Virus record (IMG/VR): IMGVR_UViG_3300038463_000730
Location: 310,001-374,000 of that record
Length of the DNA: 64,000 nucleotides
Reading direction: 5' to 3' (one strand)
Shown here: positions 47,185-55,989 of the stretch, one piece after another
Layout: each line of letters starts with the position of its first letter
How positions within the stretch are numbered: position 1 is the stretch's first letter
Made by a program: the position numbers and the translations under genes
Notes under the pieces: model-generated
Told to the model about the DNA's origin: nothing
Database searches by the model: none
The model's input: only the letters and a program-made list of their open reading frames with translations

Positions 47185-47613
47185 TCAACCCATCAGAACA
47201 ATAGCTTTGCTAATGCTCTCCAAGCGCTTTAGAAAGAAAACCGTATCAGTTGGATTGAAAAGTTTGTTGAAACGTACCGGACTATACTTCCGAACAATCC
47301 CGCCCTTGTTCTTGGCGGAGATCTGGATGTATTTCTTTTCGCGACCGCCTGACCAATCGTATTCTCTACTGAGATAGATGTAGAGAGCGTGAATATCTAG
47401 ACGCTCTTTCGCCAAACGGTAGTAGGTACGCCGAGCGTATTTGTACCTTCTCGAACGACTCTCGTAGTGGTGGTCCGCGTCTTTACAAACAAAGTGATGA
47501 ATCCGCTGGTTATACGTTCCTGAAAATTCACATTGTTTCTTGCAGAAAGGACACGTGCTGCACTGTTTTTGCATCTCTTCAAGAGAGGAAAACTTATCAG
47601 ATGTCTCGAACAT
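47185..47613 (-). CDS. C3H-like hypothetical protein
   Basis: CPFC...C..HHY; ends SISKAIVLMG. Confidence 0.6.
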   Translation of the reverse strand: MFETSDKFSSLEEMQKQCSTCPFCKKQCEFSGTYNQRIHHFVCKDADHHYESRSRRYKYARRTYYRLAKERLDIHALYIYLSREYDWSGGREKKYIQISAKNKGGIVRKYSPVRFNKLFNPTDTVFFLKRLESISKAIVLMG

Positions 47614-47661
47614 ATCGAGTTCTGAGTGATCCGGATCCTGTATCGTCTAGGTAAAAACGGA

Positions 47662-47997
47662 CTAGTTTTGGCCCTTAGCTTGGGTCGAAGCTTGGCTCAG
47701 GGCTCCATAATCAACCTCAATCATCTCGACCACGTCCAGCTTCCGAAGAAAATCAACCTGTTCGTCAATCTTAGATTGGTCAAGCATCAATACAACGAAA
47801 GGTAATGGTGAATCATTCTTCACATGGACCATTTCTTTGGCTTTCAATTTGACCTCCAATTGTTTTAGAATGAGGGCCTTACTCTTTTCTCTTAGCTTAA
47901 GGATGGCAATGTTCTGAATCTCCTTCTTTTCCTTGGGTGCCGGGTCATAATCTTCGACTTTTAGATGGATGATATATTGCTTCATTTTAATATGCAT
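47662..47997 (-). CDS. hypothetical protein
   Basis: 111 aa ORF. Confidence 0.6.
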   Translation of the reverse strand: MHIKMKQYIIHLKVEDYDPAPKEKKEIQNIAILKLREKSKALILKQLEVKLKAKEMVHVKNDSPLPFVVLMLDQSKIDEQVDFLRKLDVVEMIEVDYGALSQASTQAKGQN

Positions 47998-48007
47998 AAG
48001 CCATTAT

Positions 48008-48742
48008 ATGTTTATGAATCTTCCTTATTCCACACAAAATGTTGTTACCTGGATTGATCCGGGTCAGAAGTTTGTCACGTACAATTACACCGCTGCACCG
48101 AATATTGCCTCTATATCGAATCGGATTGGCTTTCAGTCGGTAGCGCAGGCTGTTTCGGCTAACCAGCCAACCTACGCGCAGACTTCAGCGATGAACAATC
48201 ATCACACGATGAACTTTGTTCCAACACAGTATCTAGTTGGCTCGATCGCTGGTACTAGTTTGCTCAGTGGAACAAACTCAATCTCTGTTACTTTCGTTGC
48301 TTCTGCGACGACTAACATTGCAAACAACATGGTCTCGCTCTATAGCGCGGCTCAAGATGGTTACTTCTTCGAAGTCAAGCAGGCTGCTTCGACAGGTATC
48401 ACGGTAACACGCACTGATAGCTCCGGTGTTACTGATACGGTGACTCACACTGGCGTCTTCGCAGCTGCTACAGCTGCGGTTATCACGGCTTCGTGGGATA
48501 CATCGTTCATTACACTCCGTGTAAACGGCACTCAGGTTGCCCAGTCCGCAACGACTGGTGGAGCGATCACTCTCGACACACTTTGCATCGGTGCTGGCCC
48601 TGCCGGTACCGGAACAGGCTTTACCGGTGCCATCGGCGACGTCATTGTATGCTCGGGTGATGCCGGAGCTGCAACGATGGAGAACTATCTCTCCCTCAAG
48701 TTCAACGCGCCTCCTGGCGGACCAGTAGCGGGTTACCCATAA
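48008..48742 (+). CDS. LamG/ConA-like beta-sandwich protein, possibly virion-associated
   Basis: Ser/Thr/Ala/Gly-rich, beta-strand patterning, LRVNGTQV, FTGAIGDVIV, MENYLSLKF; start moved to ATG 48008. Confidence 0.6.
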   Translation: MFMNLPYSTQNVVTWIDPGQKFVTYNYTAAPNIASISNRIGFQSVAQAVSANQPTYAQTSAMNNHHTMNFVPTQYLVGSIAGTSLLSGTNSISVTFVASATTNIANNMVSLYSAAQDGYFFEVKQAASTGITVTRTDSSGVTDTVTHTGVFAAATAAVITASWDTSFITLRVNGTQVAQSATTGGAITLDTLCIGAGPAGTGTGFTGAIGDVIVCSGDAGAATMENYLSLKFNAPPGGPVAGYP

Positions 48743-48774
48743 TTAGCTCGGTGCCGCGCTAACGCTGATAAAAC

Positions 48775-48807
48775 AAACGGTCGCAATTCAACATTGCGAC
48801 CGTTTTT
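48775..48807. terminator. bidirectional terminator between convergent genes
   Basis: AAACGGTCGCAAT-tcaac-ATTGCGACCGTTTTT. Confidence 0.8.
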
Positions 48808-48813
48808 CGTTGT

Positions 48814-49134
48814 TTACAGCAGTATTTCTAGTCTTTTTGGGACTACTAAGCCGCCATACTCAGATATTTTGGCATCACAAAACGATTTTGTTTCATCAAG
48901 TGTATCGAATTCAGGCTCGTACAGATTGATAATGCGCCATTTATCGTTTAGACCTTGGCAAATCATATGAGAGACAAAGTCTCCTGGCGGAATGGTATTG
49001 ATATACCCGACTTCAAATCTGTAATGAATGGGATGGTTAACTAATAACCCAATTCGCCACGGCATAAACTTTCTGCCACATGTACGGGCGAAGTATTGTG
49101 CTTCGCTTGGGCGATGATCCGGGCGCCCGTTCAC
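48814..49134 (-). CDS. LxPW-family hypothetical protein
   Basis: KFMPW...TLDETKSFCDAKISEYGGLVVPKRLEILL. Confidence 0.6.
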   Translation of the reverse strand: MNGRPDHRPSEAQYFARTCGRKFMPWRIGLLVNHPIHYRFEVGYINTIPPGDFVSHMICQGLNDKWRIINLYEPEFDTLDETKSFCDAKISEYGGLVVPKRLEILL

Positions 49135-49616
49135 TTCTTTTTCGCCTTTAGCTTTTCGGCTTTCTCTTTCAATCGCTCCATTTCACGATTGGTTTGCTCG
49201 ATCTGACGCTGTCTTTCTGCTTCCTGACCTTCATTCCAAATAGCTAGATCCGATTCATACTCTTCCTGGATCTCTTTCGCGCTCATCTTGTGAACGTGAA
49301 TGACCTCAAGACAAAGGTAATCTTCAGAAAACGAAGCAGTAAAGAATACTTTCTTCGGGTCAAGCCCTTCTTTCGCAACCCGCTCGTTAATTTCGATCAA
49401 CGAGATTGACATTCGACTAGAACCAGAAGTTTCTTCCTCATCGTTCTGTTCATCGTCGTCATAGCATTCATCTTCAGCGTTACCATACCCAGGCCAGTGA
49501 TTTACTCTCTGACTAGTAGTGGCGACCGCTTCAATTCTGGATCGTTTTGCGCCAGGCTTCGGCTTCTTTGGCTCATTGTAGAAGTGACGTTCACGCAGGA
49601 GTGGTAACTTACTCAT
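49131..49616 (-). CDS. hypothetical protein
   Basis: Acidic, C-terminal coiled coil. Confidence 0.65.
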   Translation of the reverse strand: MSKLPLLRERHFYNEPKKPKPGAKRSRIEAVATTSQRVNHWPGYGNAEDECYDDDEQNDEEETSGSSRMSISLIEINERVAKEGLDPKKVFFTASFSEDYLCLEVIHVHKMSAKEIQEEYESDLAIWNEGQEAERQRQIEQTNREMERLKEKAEKLKAKKK

Positions 49617-49629
49617 ATTTCCCTATTGA

Positions 49630-49657
49630 TGGTTGGCCGAAGTGGATTCGAACCACC
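49630..49657 (-). pseudogene. 3' fragment of split tRNA-Ile (T arm + acceptor + CCA)
   Basis: GGTGG-TTCGAAT-CCACT-TCGGCCA-A-CCA; complementary to the 5' fragment at 50645-50676. Confidence 0.75.
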
Positions 49658-50137
49658 TCACACAAATGACCTCATTTTAGACAACCGAAAAAACGACTGA
49701 ATGATATCACGAAACAGATACCAATCTATTTTCGGTCGATACCCACCAACTTTATTGGACCACGGAAATATACTCAGCCTATGATCTTGAGTCGGATCAA
49801 TCTGTTTCTCGGTCTTTGAGTCTGAAAACTTGATGGTGAACTCACTTACATTCAAAAGATTTGTTACGACACTTGGCGTAGAATACTCTACATTTCCACC
49901 GCTAGTTCCAACAATAGTGGTGACATCTATATCTAGACTGTTGAAACGGATAACGTTGTAAAACGAAGTAGGCGTACCACACGACCATTCGCCTAACGGG
50001 AATCTTCCAACAAACCTCTTGCGGAACAAGAATATACTATTATCGAAACGAATATGCAACCCTTTGTTACGTTTACTCTGAATACGAGCATCTCGGATTG
50101 AACGAGATAGTTTTTTCTTAATGATTCTTGCTTTCAT
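49658..50137 (-). CDS. hypothetical protein inside the split tRNA
   Basis: 159 aa; stop codon abuts the tRNA 3' fragment; ends RLSKMRSFV. Confidence 0.6.
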   Translation of the reverse strand: MKARIIKKKLSRSIRDARIQSKRNKGLHIRFDNSIFLFRKRFVGRFPLGEWSCGTPTSFYNVIRFNSLDIDVTTIVGTSGGNVEYSTPSVVTNLLNVSEFTIKFSDSKTEKQIDPTQDHRLSIFPWSNKVGGYRPKIDWYLFRDIIQSFFRLSKMRSFV

Positions 50138-50139
50138 TG

Positions 50140-50214
50140 TGTGACGTGGTGGATTTGAACCACCGACCTTCTCTTTATCAGAGAGACTATCTTACCGGAC
50201 TGATATAACGTCAC
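50140..50214 (-). tRNA. trnI: tRNA-Ile(GAT)
   Basis: GTGACGT/ACGTCAC acceptor; TCTCT-CT-GAT-AA-AGAGA. Confidence 0.92.
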
Positions 50215-50632
50215 GTTTACCGGGCCAAGTCTTACGATTCTTGGCGCCGAAGTTTGGTGTCTGAGTATGACAGTTAGGACATAGCAATCGTAGATTGGTT
50301 CGTTCCTGATTCATATTGTCACCATCTATATGGTCAACCTGTAATGTTAACGATTTCCCGTTCCACATTGGAAGCTGACCACACTCTTCACATCTGTTTC
50401 CTCGTTCTGTAGCTAAGTATTCTCGAATACGCCATGATTTCTTGCGGCCTTTGACGAAGATTTCATCCGGTGTCTCGGCTCGACGTCCTTTATTCCAGGC
50501 TGAACGTTCACCAGTATAGAACTTGTAGTTAGGATCGAAGTTCTTTCCTGCTCCATGCATCCGCCAGAAATGTGACTTAAGACCATTGGTGGCATCACAT
50601 AGTTTACCGCAATCTGGACAGCTTACCTTCAC
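50192..50632 (-). CDS. HNH endonuclease with N-terminal C2H2 finger
   Basis: CPDC...HFWRMH; CEEC...LQVDHIDGDNMN...NLRLLCPNCH. Confidence 0.85.
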   Translation of the reverse strand: MKVSCPDCGKLCDATNGLKSHFWRMHGAGKNFDPNYKFYTGERSAWNKGRRAETPDEIFVKGRKKSWRIREYLATERGNRCEECGQLPMWNGKSLTLQVDHIDGDNMNQERTNLRLLCPNCHTQTPNFGAKNRKTWPGKRDVISVR

Positions 50633-50644
50633 GCATTAGATATA

Positions 50645-50676
50645 TCAAGCGCTCTAACCAACTGAGCTACCGGCCA
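50645..50676 (-). pseudogene. 5' fragment of split tRNA-Ile (acceptor + D arm)
   Basis: TGGCCGG-TA-GCTCAGTTGGTTAGAGC-G; broken in the anticodon arm. Confidence 0.75.
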
Positions 50677-50686
50677 TCATATTTCA

Positions 50687-50956
50687 TTATGCCATACAAC
50701 TGCAACGATCGTAACGATCACATATATCCTTTGCATCGTTAATATTGTCGAACAAAAACATATCAGCTTGATCTGCTATCCGATACGGATCAGTAAGCTT
50801 TAGATTTTTCAGGATCGTATGAGTCGTGTGATTGATGATCACATGCGCCTCAAAGCTTCCTGCCACCATTTGGACCATGTAAACATGGCGTTTCGACTCA
50901 CCATAGATCTTATCATCACCGTAACATCCGACAGGTTCCCACCGTAATCGACTCAT
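50687..50956 (-). CDS. hypothetical protein
   Basis: 89 aa coupled ORF. Confidence 0.55.
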   Translation of the reverse strand: MSRLRWEPVGCYGDDKIYGESKRHVYMVQMVAGSFEAHVIINHTTHTILKNLKLTDPYRIADQADMFLFDNINDAKDICDRYDRCSCMA

Positions 50957-51267
50957 TTCATCACCACCAGGCTTTTATTAGTCTCTCGAACGTAGTGATC
51001 TATTGCGATAGCTTTAGCTTCTTCTACAGTTTTGCAATCGCGACGTATACTAAAGCTCGTATTCGATCCTCGTGAGTCTTTTTCCTTGGATGAAGCGAAC
51101 AACGCAAAGCTCGGAGGCTCGAAATCCTTCGTATTGTTCATAATGATATACATCCAATCATCCTTCATGATGAAGGCTTCGACACCAAGTCGGTAACCAA
51201 GCAAAGCATCATTGTTCATGAATGAAGACCAGACCCAATCCTGCCTGGCAACGATGTCATTACTCAC
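50953..51267 (-). CDS. hypothetical protein
   Basis: Ends TVEEAKAIAIDHYVRETNKSLVVMK. Confidence 0.6.
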   Translation of the reverse strand: MSNDIVARQDWVWSSFMNNDALLGYRLGVEAFIMKDDWMYIIMNNTKDFEPPSFALFASSKEKDSRGSNTSFSIRRDCKTVEEAKAIAIDHYVRETNKSLVVMK

Positions 51268-51893
51268 TTTGGTGCCAGCTTTCGGAACCGGGTCATCTGT
51301 TCGTTGTAGTAAGCCTGGTAACGAACCTTGTACGGATCCCAGGTGTCCGTCTTATCGTGCTCGATGTCGCGCCATATCGCATTTGAGGAGGCGTAATTGA
51401 CTATCTTACCATGCTCGGCGATCTGAATACCGAAATCAATGATGCGCAGACAGTGAAACAGCGATTTCTTGGCAGTGTAGACGTTCCGATCTTGCACAAC
51501 CTCGAACTTCTTCTTCGCTTTCACCCAAGAGTTGGAGGCTTTTGCGGAGAAGTTCTCGCGTAGAAGCTTCTTATCCAGTTTGAACCTATAGCTTTCTTTA
51601 TTCGCAAGTACAATATGACTTGGAAGAAAAATAGACTCCAGGGCCGAGACTTGGTGATCATTAACCGCCGAAGCGAAGGTCTCCCTCTCGTAGAGCGATA
51701 TATTGAGGTTTTCAGTACCAGCTCTCTGAAGGTTCGCTTGTGGGTCACCATTTGTAACTACTATAAAATCATAATCAGATGAATATGATTGAGTCCCGTA
51801 GACCATGCTCCCGTAAGGAAAAATATTAAGAACATCACTATCCTGTAGACCCAGCGTTTGCAATACCAGTTCTTTGGTGACGTTCGTATACAT
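51264..51893 (-). CDS. Pol-beta-superfamily nucleotidyltransferase
   Basis: IFPYGSMVYG...SDYDFIVV (GS...DxD). Confidence 0.8.
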   Translation of the reverse strand: MYTNVTKELVLQTLGLQDSDVLNIFPYGSMVYGTQSYSSDYDFIVVTNGDPQANLQRAGTENLNISLYERETFASAVNDHQVSALESIFLPSHIVLANKESYRFKLDKKLLRENFSAKASNSWVKAKKKFEVVQDRNVYTAKKSLFHCLRIIDFGIQIAEHGKIVNYASSNAIWRDIEHDKTDTWDPYKVRYQAYYNEQMTRFRKLAPK

Positions 51894-52434
51894 TCCTAAT
51901 CCATTCCATGAATTCGCTGTAAGTTCGTTTTCGTTTGGCGTAATTACAATTAATACAGCATGTAACGATGTTGTCTGGACTATGGTTTTTCGAATTGTCT
52001 ACTCGGTCCAAACCATTGTATTTGAATGTTGCGTCTTTTGCCCATTCTCCAGTGTACGATTTTGACTTATGCAACTTTGCAACGTTTGCTGGTTCGACCC
52101 CGCAATAGTGACACTGTTGCTGTGACAGTTCCAAAAACAATACAAACGGACAACCATCTCGATACGCCTGTCGCCAGACCTGTGCAGCAGTAGCAATCCG
52201 TGGACTTGGATGCTTGCGAGCAAATGGGATAATGTATTTAGCGTTTTCTTTCCCAACCTCTACTCTTTTACACCCGCAGCTATCACTGTAACTTGATATT
52301 AAGTTTGTTTCATAAACCACTTTTTCAGTGCCACAGTCACATCGACATTTCCATGTGTTATGTTTCTTATTCTTCTTGCCTGCAAACTCAAGAACTGTCC
52401 AACGCCCATATTCTTTATTCCGTAAATCCTTCAC
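51838..52434 (-). CDS. HNH-type endonuclease
   Basis: GRWTV...WKCRCDCG...SCGC N-terminus; CHYC...NGLDRVDNSKNHSPDNIVTCCINCN. Confidence 0.82.
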   Translation of the reverse strand: MKDLRNKEYGRWTVLEFAGKKNKKHNTWKCRCDCGTEKVVYETNLISSYSDSCGCKRVEVGKENAKYIIPFARKHPSPRIATAAQVWRQAYRDGCPFVLFLELSQQQCHYCGVEPANVAKLHKSKSYTGEWAKDATFKYNGLDRVDNSKNHSPDNIVTCCINCNYAKRKRTYSEFMEWIRNVYERHQRTGIANAGSTG

Positions 52435-52488
52435 GTAGCCTCCTGTGATTACGAGTATACGGAATTATGTATCAATTAAACTTGAGCC

Positions 52489-52968
52489 TCACAGGAAGGC
52501 AACAACCTTCTTGCAAACGTTCTCGTTATCAACCGGCTTCTTCAAGAAAGCATCGACGCGATGGCGAGGCGCGTTCTTCTCGGACTCTTTATCGACTCCG
52601 AACCAGTAGAAAACATCGTAGTAGATCGTTTTCAACGTATCGAAATCGATCGTAATCTCCAAATTGACATCCGTCTTGCAGTTACGGCACTGCCCGAACG
52701 TCTTCCACACGTTCGTCTGCCACGTAATGGCATGGCCATGACGCTTTACATGCCGCTGGAGGCTTGCGAACGTCTCTTTACGATGCCGCATCCACCGTGC
52801 CAGGAAGAATCCGTACAACGGCATCCCGATACAGAGGATCACGGCAATGAAGAACGGATATTCCAACGCATTTGGGCTATCTGAATAGTCTTTGCGGTGA
52901 AAAGAATAGACTCCCGAGAGTCCAACGACAGCGCCAACAGCAATTAATGCGATCGGAATGATTCCCAT
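52489..52968 (-). CDS. membrane protein with CxxC
   Basis: Two TM helices, CRNC; ends KKVVAFL. Confidence 0.6.
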   Translation of the reverse strand: MGIIPIALIAVGAVVGLSGVYSFHRKDYSDSPNALEYPFFIAVILCIGMPLYGFFLARWMRHRKETFASLQRHVKRHGHAITWQTNVWKTFGQCRNCKTDVNLEITIDFDTLKTIYYDVFYWFGVDKESEKNAPRHRVDAFLKKPVDNENVCKKVVAFL

Positions 52969-52991
52969 GTTACTTACTCACCATGTTTAGG

Positions 52992-53225
52992 TTATTTCAT
53001 GTTCCAGAGTTTAGGATCTAGATTCTTTTTGATCGTCAGGTATACTTTTTCGAGGCATGAACGGCAGTAATAGGCTGTCACGGAGCCACCGGCACCGTAA
53101 ACACTGACTGCGGCGCATGTCGTGCCCTTGATGATTCGACCTTTATCGTTAACGAACTCAGAAGGTGTCCCACAGCCACCTCGACAAAAGGCTTTTCCTG
53201 ACGCTTTTTGTAGCTCGATATTCAT
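52992..53225 (-). CDS. small Cys-rich protein
   Basis: CRGGC...YYCRSC; GATATAT motif and GAGG RBS upstream. Confidence 0.6.
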   Translation of the reverse strand: MNIELQKASGKAFCRGGCGTPSEFVNDKGRIIKGTTCAAVSVYGAGGSVTAYYCRSCLEKVYLTIKKNLDPKLWNMK

Positions 53226-53238
53226 TTTACCTCGGACT

Positions 53239-53266
53239 GTATATATCCATACCGACCGATATATAC
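53239..53266. promoter_or_regulatory. back-to-back GATATAT promoter-like motifs driving divergent genes
   Basis: GGATATATAC on minus (53239-53248) and CGATATATAC on plus (53257-53266), each just upstream of a start codon. Confidence 0.65.
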
Positions 53267-53273
53267 CGGGTCG

Positions 53274-53675
53274 ATGAGAAAAGAATTCGATGACATGTTG
53301 TGTCGTACATTTCCCAATTTATACCGTGACCGGAATGGTCCTTCGAGCCATACCTGCATGTGCTGGGGTTTTCCAGGCGACGGTTGGTTCCTATTACTAT
53401 GGAATTTGTCAGCCAAACTAGAGGAAATGATTACAGACATGCCAGAAGACACGAAGACTAAATGCTGTGCTTCGCAAGTGAAAGAGAAATTCGGTACATT
53501 ACGGTTCTACATGTCTTGCGAGACAGATGAAATGAGCGAATTAATTGATCGGGCTGAGGAGCTGAGTGCTAAAATCTGCGAAACCTGTGGAGCACCGGGT
53601 GAATTACGCAATGACGGTTGGCTCCGAACGATGTGCGATGATTGTCACCGTCTGAAAACTGATCGAATGGCGTAA
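53274..53675 (+). CDS. conserved phage hypothetical protein (zinc-binding C-terminus)
   Basis: QVKEKFGTLRFY...AEELSAKICETCGAPG...GWLRTMCDDC. Confidence 0.8.
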   Translation: MRKEFDDMLCRTFPNLYRDRNGPSSHTCMCWGFPGDGWFLLLWNLSAKLEEMITDMPEDTKTKCCASQVKEKFGTLRFYMSCETDEMSELIDRAEELSAKICETCGAPGELRNDGWLRTMCDDCHRLKTDRMA

Positions 53676-53795
53676 ACCGGAATCATTAAGGCTGTCTTCA
53701 GTCCTACGTTCTTAATGAACGCACGGTACTTGTAATACGTAACGCCAACCGCGACCACTGCCAAGCTTCCAAACATCAATAGCGCTCTCATTGAT

Positions 53796-54005
53796 TTACT
53801 CCAGGTTCCTTAGTTTGGTGTCACGAATCAAAAACAGAATAAGATAGTCTTTACGAGTATCCGTTTGTAATATCTCCCATCCTTTTGAGAGGAACTCGTT
53901 TACCTGTGTTTCTATTTCGAGAGTTTCTTGATCAAATACATACTTGAAACCTTCAAGTGATAGATCAGGATGGAAAGCTACCTTTAGAATTTTGAACTGT
54001 TTCAT
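53796..54005 (-). CDS. small hypothetical protein, paralog 1
   Basis: VNEFLSKGWEI...RDTKLRNLE; start moved to ATG 54005. Confidence 0.6.
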   Translation of the reverse strand: MKQFKILKVAFHPDLSLEGFKYVFDQETLEIETQVNEFLSKGWEILQTDTRKDYLILFLIRDTKLRNLE

Positions 54006-54190
54006 TCTAACAGACGCAGCTTTACGTCTCGCATGAACATCAGCAGCACTTTGTACTTCGTGAAATGCGTTTTTCTCAGGGTCCAACCCTTAGATAACAT
54101 CGCATTGATCGCGTTCTGAAGCTCTTCAGTCTGATAGTTATACTGCGATTCAGAATTGTAATCTACAGTAAATATCTTGCACTCTTTCAT
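54002..54190 (-). CDS. small hypothetical protein, paralog 2
   Basis: INAMLSKGWTL...RDVKLRLLE. Confidence 0.6.
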   Translation of the reverse strand: MKECKIFTVDYNSESQYNYQTEELQNAINAMLSKGWTLRKTHFTKYKVLLMFMRDVKLRLLE

Positions 54191-54224
54191 TCCATGACCG
54201 CAACGAAGGCGATAGCGTACTCTT

Positions 54225-54518
54225 TCACTTTCTTCCTAATGCACAACCGGTATGCGGCATACACTCCAATCCATAGATTGTTTGGCCTACCGCTAGATCA
54301 CATTTGTCATAGCGATAGTTCCACTCTTGACAATGAATAGCGGTTGGTTCGAGCTTCATTTGGTTGGCCCATGTTTTCGCCGCATCTTCCGCCCAACCTG
54401 GATTTACCGGCGTCCCACGCGCAAAAGCGAAAACAAGTGCCACGAAAGCTATCATGATAAAAAAGATAGCCGTAGCCATCAAAAGAATGAATCTACCTCT
54501 ATCACGTTCAAGCAGCAT
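54225..54518 (-). CDS. membrane-anchored Cys-containing protein
   Basis: N-terminal TM helix, four Cys. Confidence 0.6.
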   Translation of the reverse strand: MLLERDRGRFILLMATAIFFIMIAFVALVFAFARGTPVNPGWAEDAAKTWANQMKLEPTAIHCQEWNYRYDKCDLAVGQTIYGLECMPHTGCALGRK

Positions 54519-55980
54519 TTGCTCTCGCCCTCACATCCTCGAACGTATCGTTGATGAAGATCTCGCCATCTTCATACACCGTGATCATTACAGAGTCCGG
54601 GTGAACACCCTGGCCTTCAGCGAGCTTGATCGTTGTCAAACGACCATTAACTCGGATCAAATCGAGACGACCACGCTTGCTCGACTTGTTTGTGTCGGTC
54701 TTCGGACGCTTATACACATCAACCTCTTTTCCATTCACCGTAATCGAGCTGCACTTCATCGCGAAAGACAACGTGTCCCGGTTAACTTGCTGAAGCAACG
54801 CGCCGCCCATGCCAAAGGCCACGTTCTCCGCAGCCCAGCCATGATTGAATAGATTCTCCAGAATCGCATTGATGCTCTTCCGATTGATTCCGTCGCCCTG
54901 GATAACCCGGACGCTAGGATGAAGTACCTTGAAACCCTTAGCGTTGACCGTGAAGCCGTATGCGTCACCGAGCCATTCGACGCAGTTCAATACTACGTCG
55001 GGTGGATTACCAGAATCGGGGCGCACGACCAATCTTGCGCCGGAGGCCAAAACTTCTGCTTTTAGTGTCGTTCCCCAATGCTGCTTGACAGCAACCTCCA
55101 AATCATAACTGTCCGACACACAAGCCACCAAAGTACCGGGTTTGGCAAATACGCGAAGGATATTACGATACGCCTCGACTTCATTTTCTTCGCCCCACGA
55201 TGTAATGCTGGAGTGCTCCGATGCCGGAATTGAGAATCCGGCCATTCCGGCGTGATAACAAAGGTTAGCCATCGCCACGCCAATGCAGGTATCCGAGCCC
55301 ATGAAATTGACGAGGTGAGCCGCAGCGCCGATGCTGACCGTCTCCTTGCTCGAACCGCCACGCGAACCGAAGTCGTGTAGCCGGAACAATAGCTCGGTTG
55401 CCGGATCACCACCGGTATCGATCAACCAACGACGAATATCCTGCTTGATGTAGTAAGAATTCGTGCAGACCGTAATCGGATACCAAACTCGCAGAAGCAT
55501 GGTTTCGAGGAACGAGACACACCAAAATGTGCTCGGCCCACCGGTTGACTCGACGCTCATCAGCATCTCATGAAGCGGAACGATCGTGCCTTCCGGAACT
55601 GCACGGATACGAAGCGGCCAGCGACCCTTGTATTTAGTCGCAATCTCCATGAACCCGTCATAGTTGAACGGTTCACCGTGTTCGGCATAGAAAGCCCTGG
55701 CTTGCTCGACCATCTCAACGGTGATCTTGATCGCAAGATACTTCGGCAGGATGTATTGCAGCGCGCCGAAGAAAACCAAGTTATGCATGTCCGCTTCTTG
55801 CGCAAGTCTGGCTTCGATGTAGCTAAACATCGAACTTGTTCCAGGTGGATATTGCAAGTAGTGGCTGACCTTATAGCTGTCAGCATCAATTAACGGGTTA
55901 TCAAGAATCGACCAGCTCAGTACATTGTACTGGTCTATGAATAGGTTTTGTAGCGTTTTCATTTTACTCTCCGTGTCCAA
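54508..55980 (-). CDS. nadV: nicotinamide phosphoribosyltransferase (NAMPT)
   Basis: DADSYKVSH, LHDFGSRG, SIPASEHS, VSDSYD, RPDSG, IQGDG, FGMGGALLQ, RDT..FAMK. Confidence 0.95.
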   Translation of the reverse strand: MDTESKMKTLQNLFIDQYNVLSWSILDNPLIDADSYKVSHYLQYPPGTSSMFSYIEARLAQEADMHNLVFFGALQYILPKYLAIKITVEMVEQARAFYAEHGEPFNYDGFMEIATKYKGRWPLRIRAVPEGTIVPLHEMLMSVESTGGPSTFWCVSFLETMLLRVWYPITVCTNSYYIKQDIRRWLIDTGGDPATELLFRLHDFGSRGGSSKETVSIGAAAHLVNFMGSDTCIGVAMANLCYHAGMAGFSIPASEHSSITSWGEENEVEAYRNILRVFAKPGTLVACVSDSYDLEVAVKQHWGTTLKAEVLASGARLVVRPDSGNPPDVVLNCVEWLGDAYGFTVNAKGFKVLHPSVRVIQGDGINRKSINAILENLFNHGWAAENVAFGMGGALLQQVNRDTLSFAMKCSSITVNGKEVDVYKRPKTDTNKSSKRGRLDLIRVNGRLTTIKLAEGQGVHPDSVMITVYEDGEIFINDTFEDVRARANAA

Positions 55981-55989
55981 TCATGCCTC

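Larger units (their letters stand above)
49658..50644 (-). mobile_element. HNH homing-endonuclease cassette inserted in tRNA-Ile
   Basis: Lies between complementary tRNA halves; contains promoter motif, HNH, intact tRNA-Ile and a 159-aa ORF. Confidence 0.55.

Noticed and set aside
53222-53452. 76-aa minus-strand ORF
   Set aside because: Antisense to the recognisable plus-strand gene 53274..53675 and covers the divergent promoter pair
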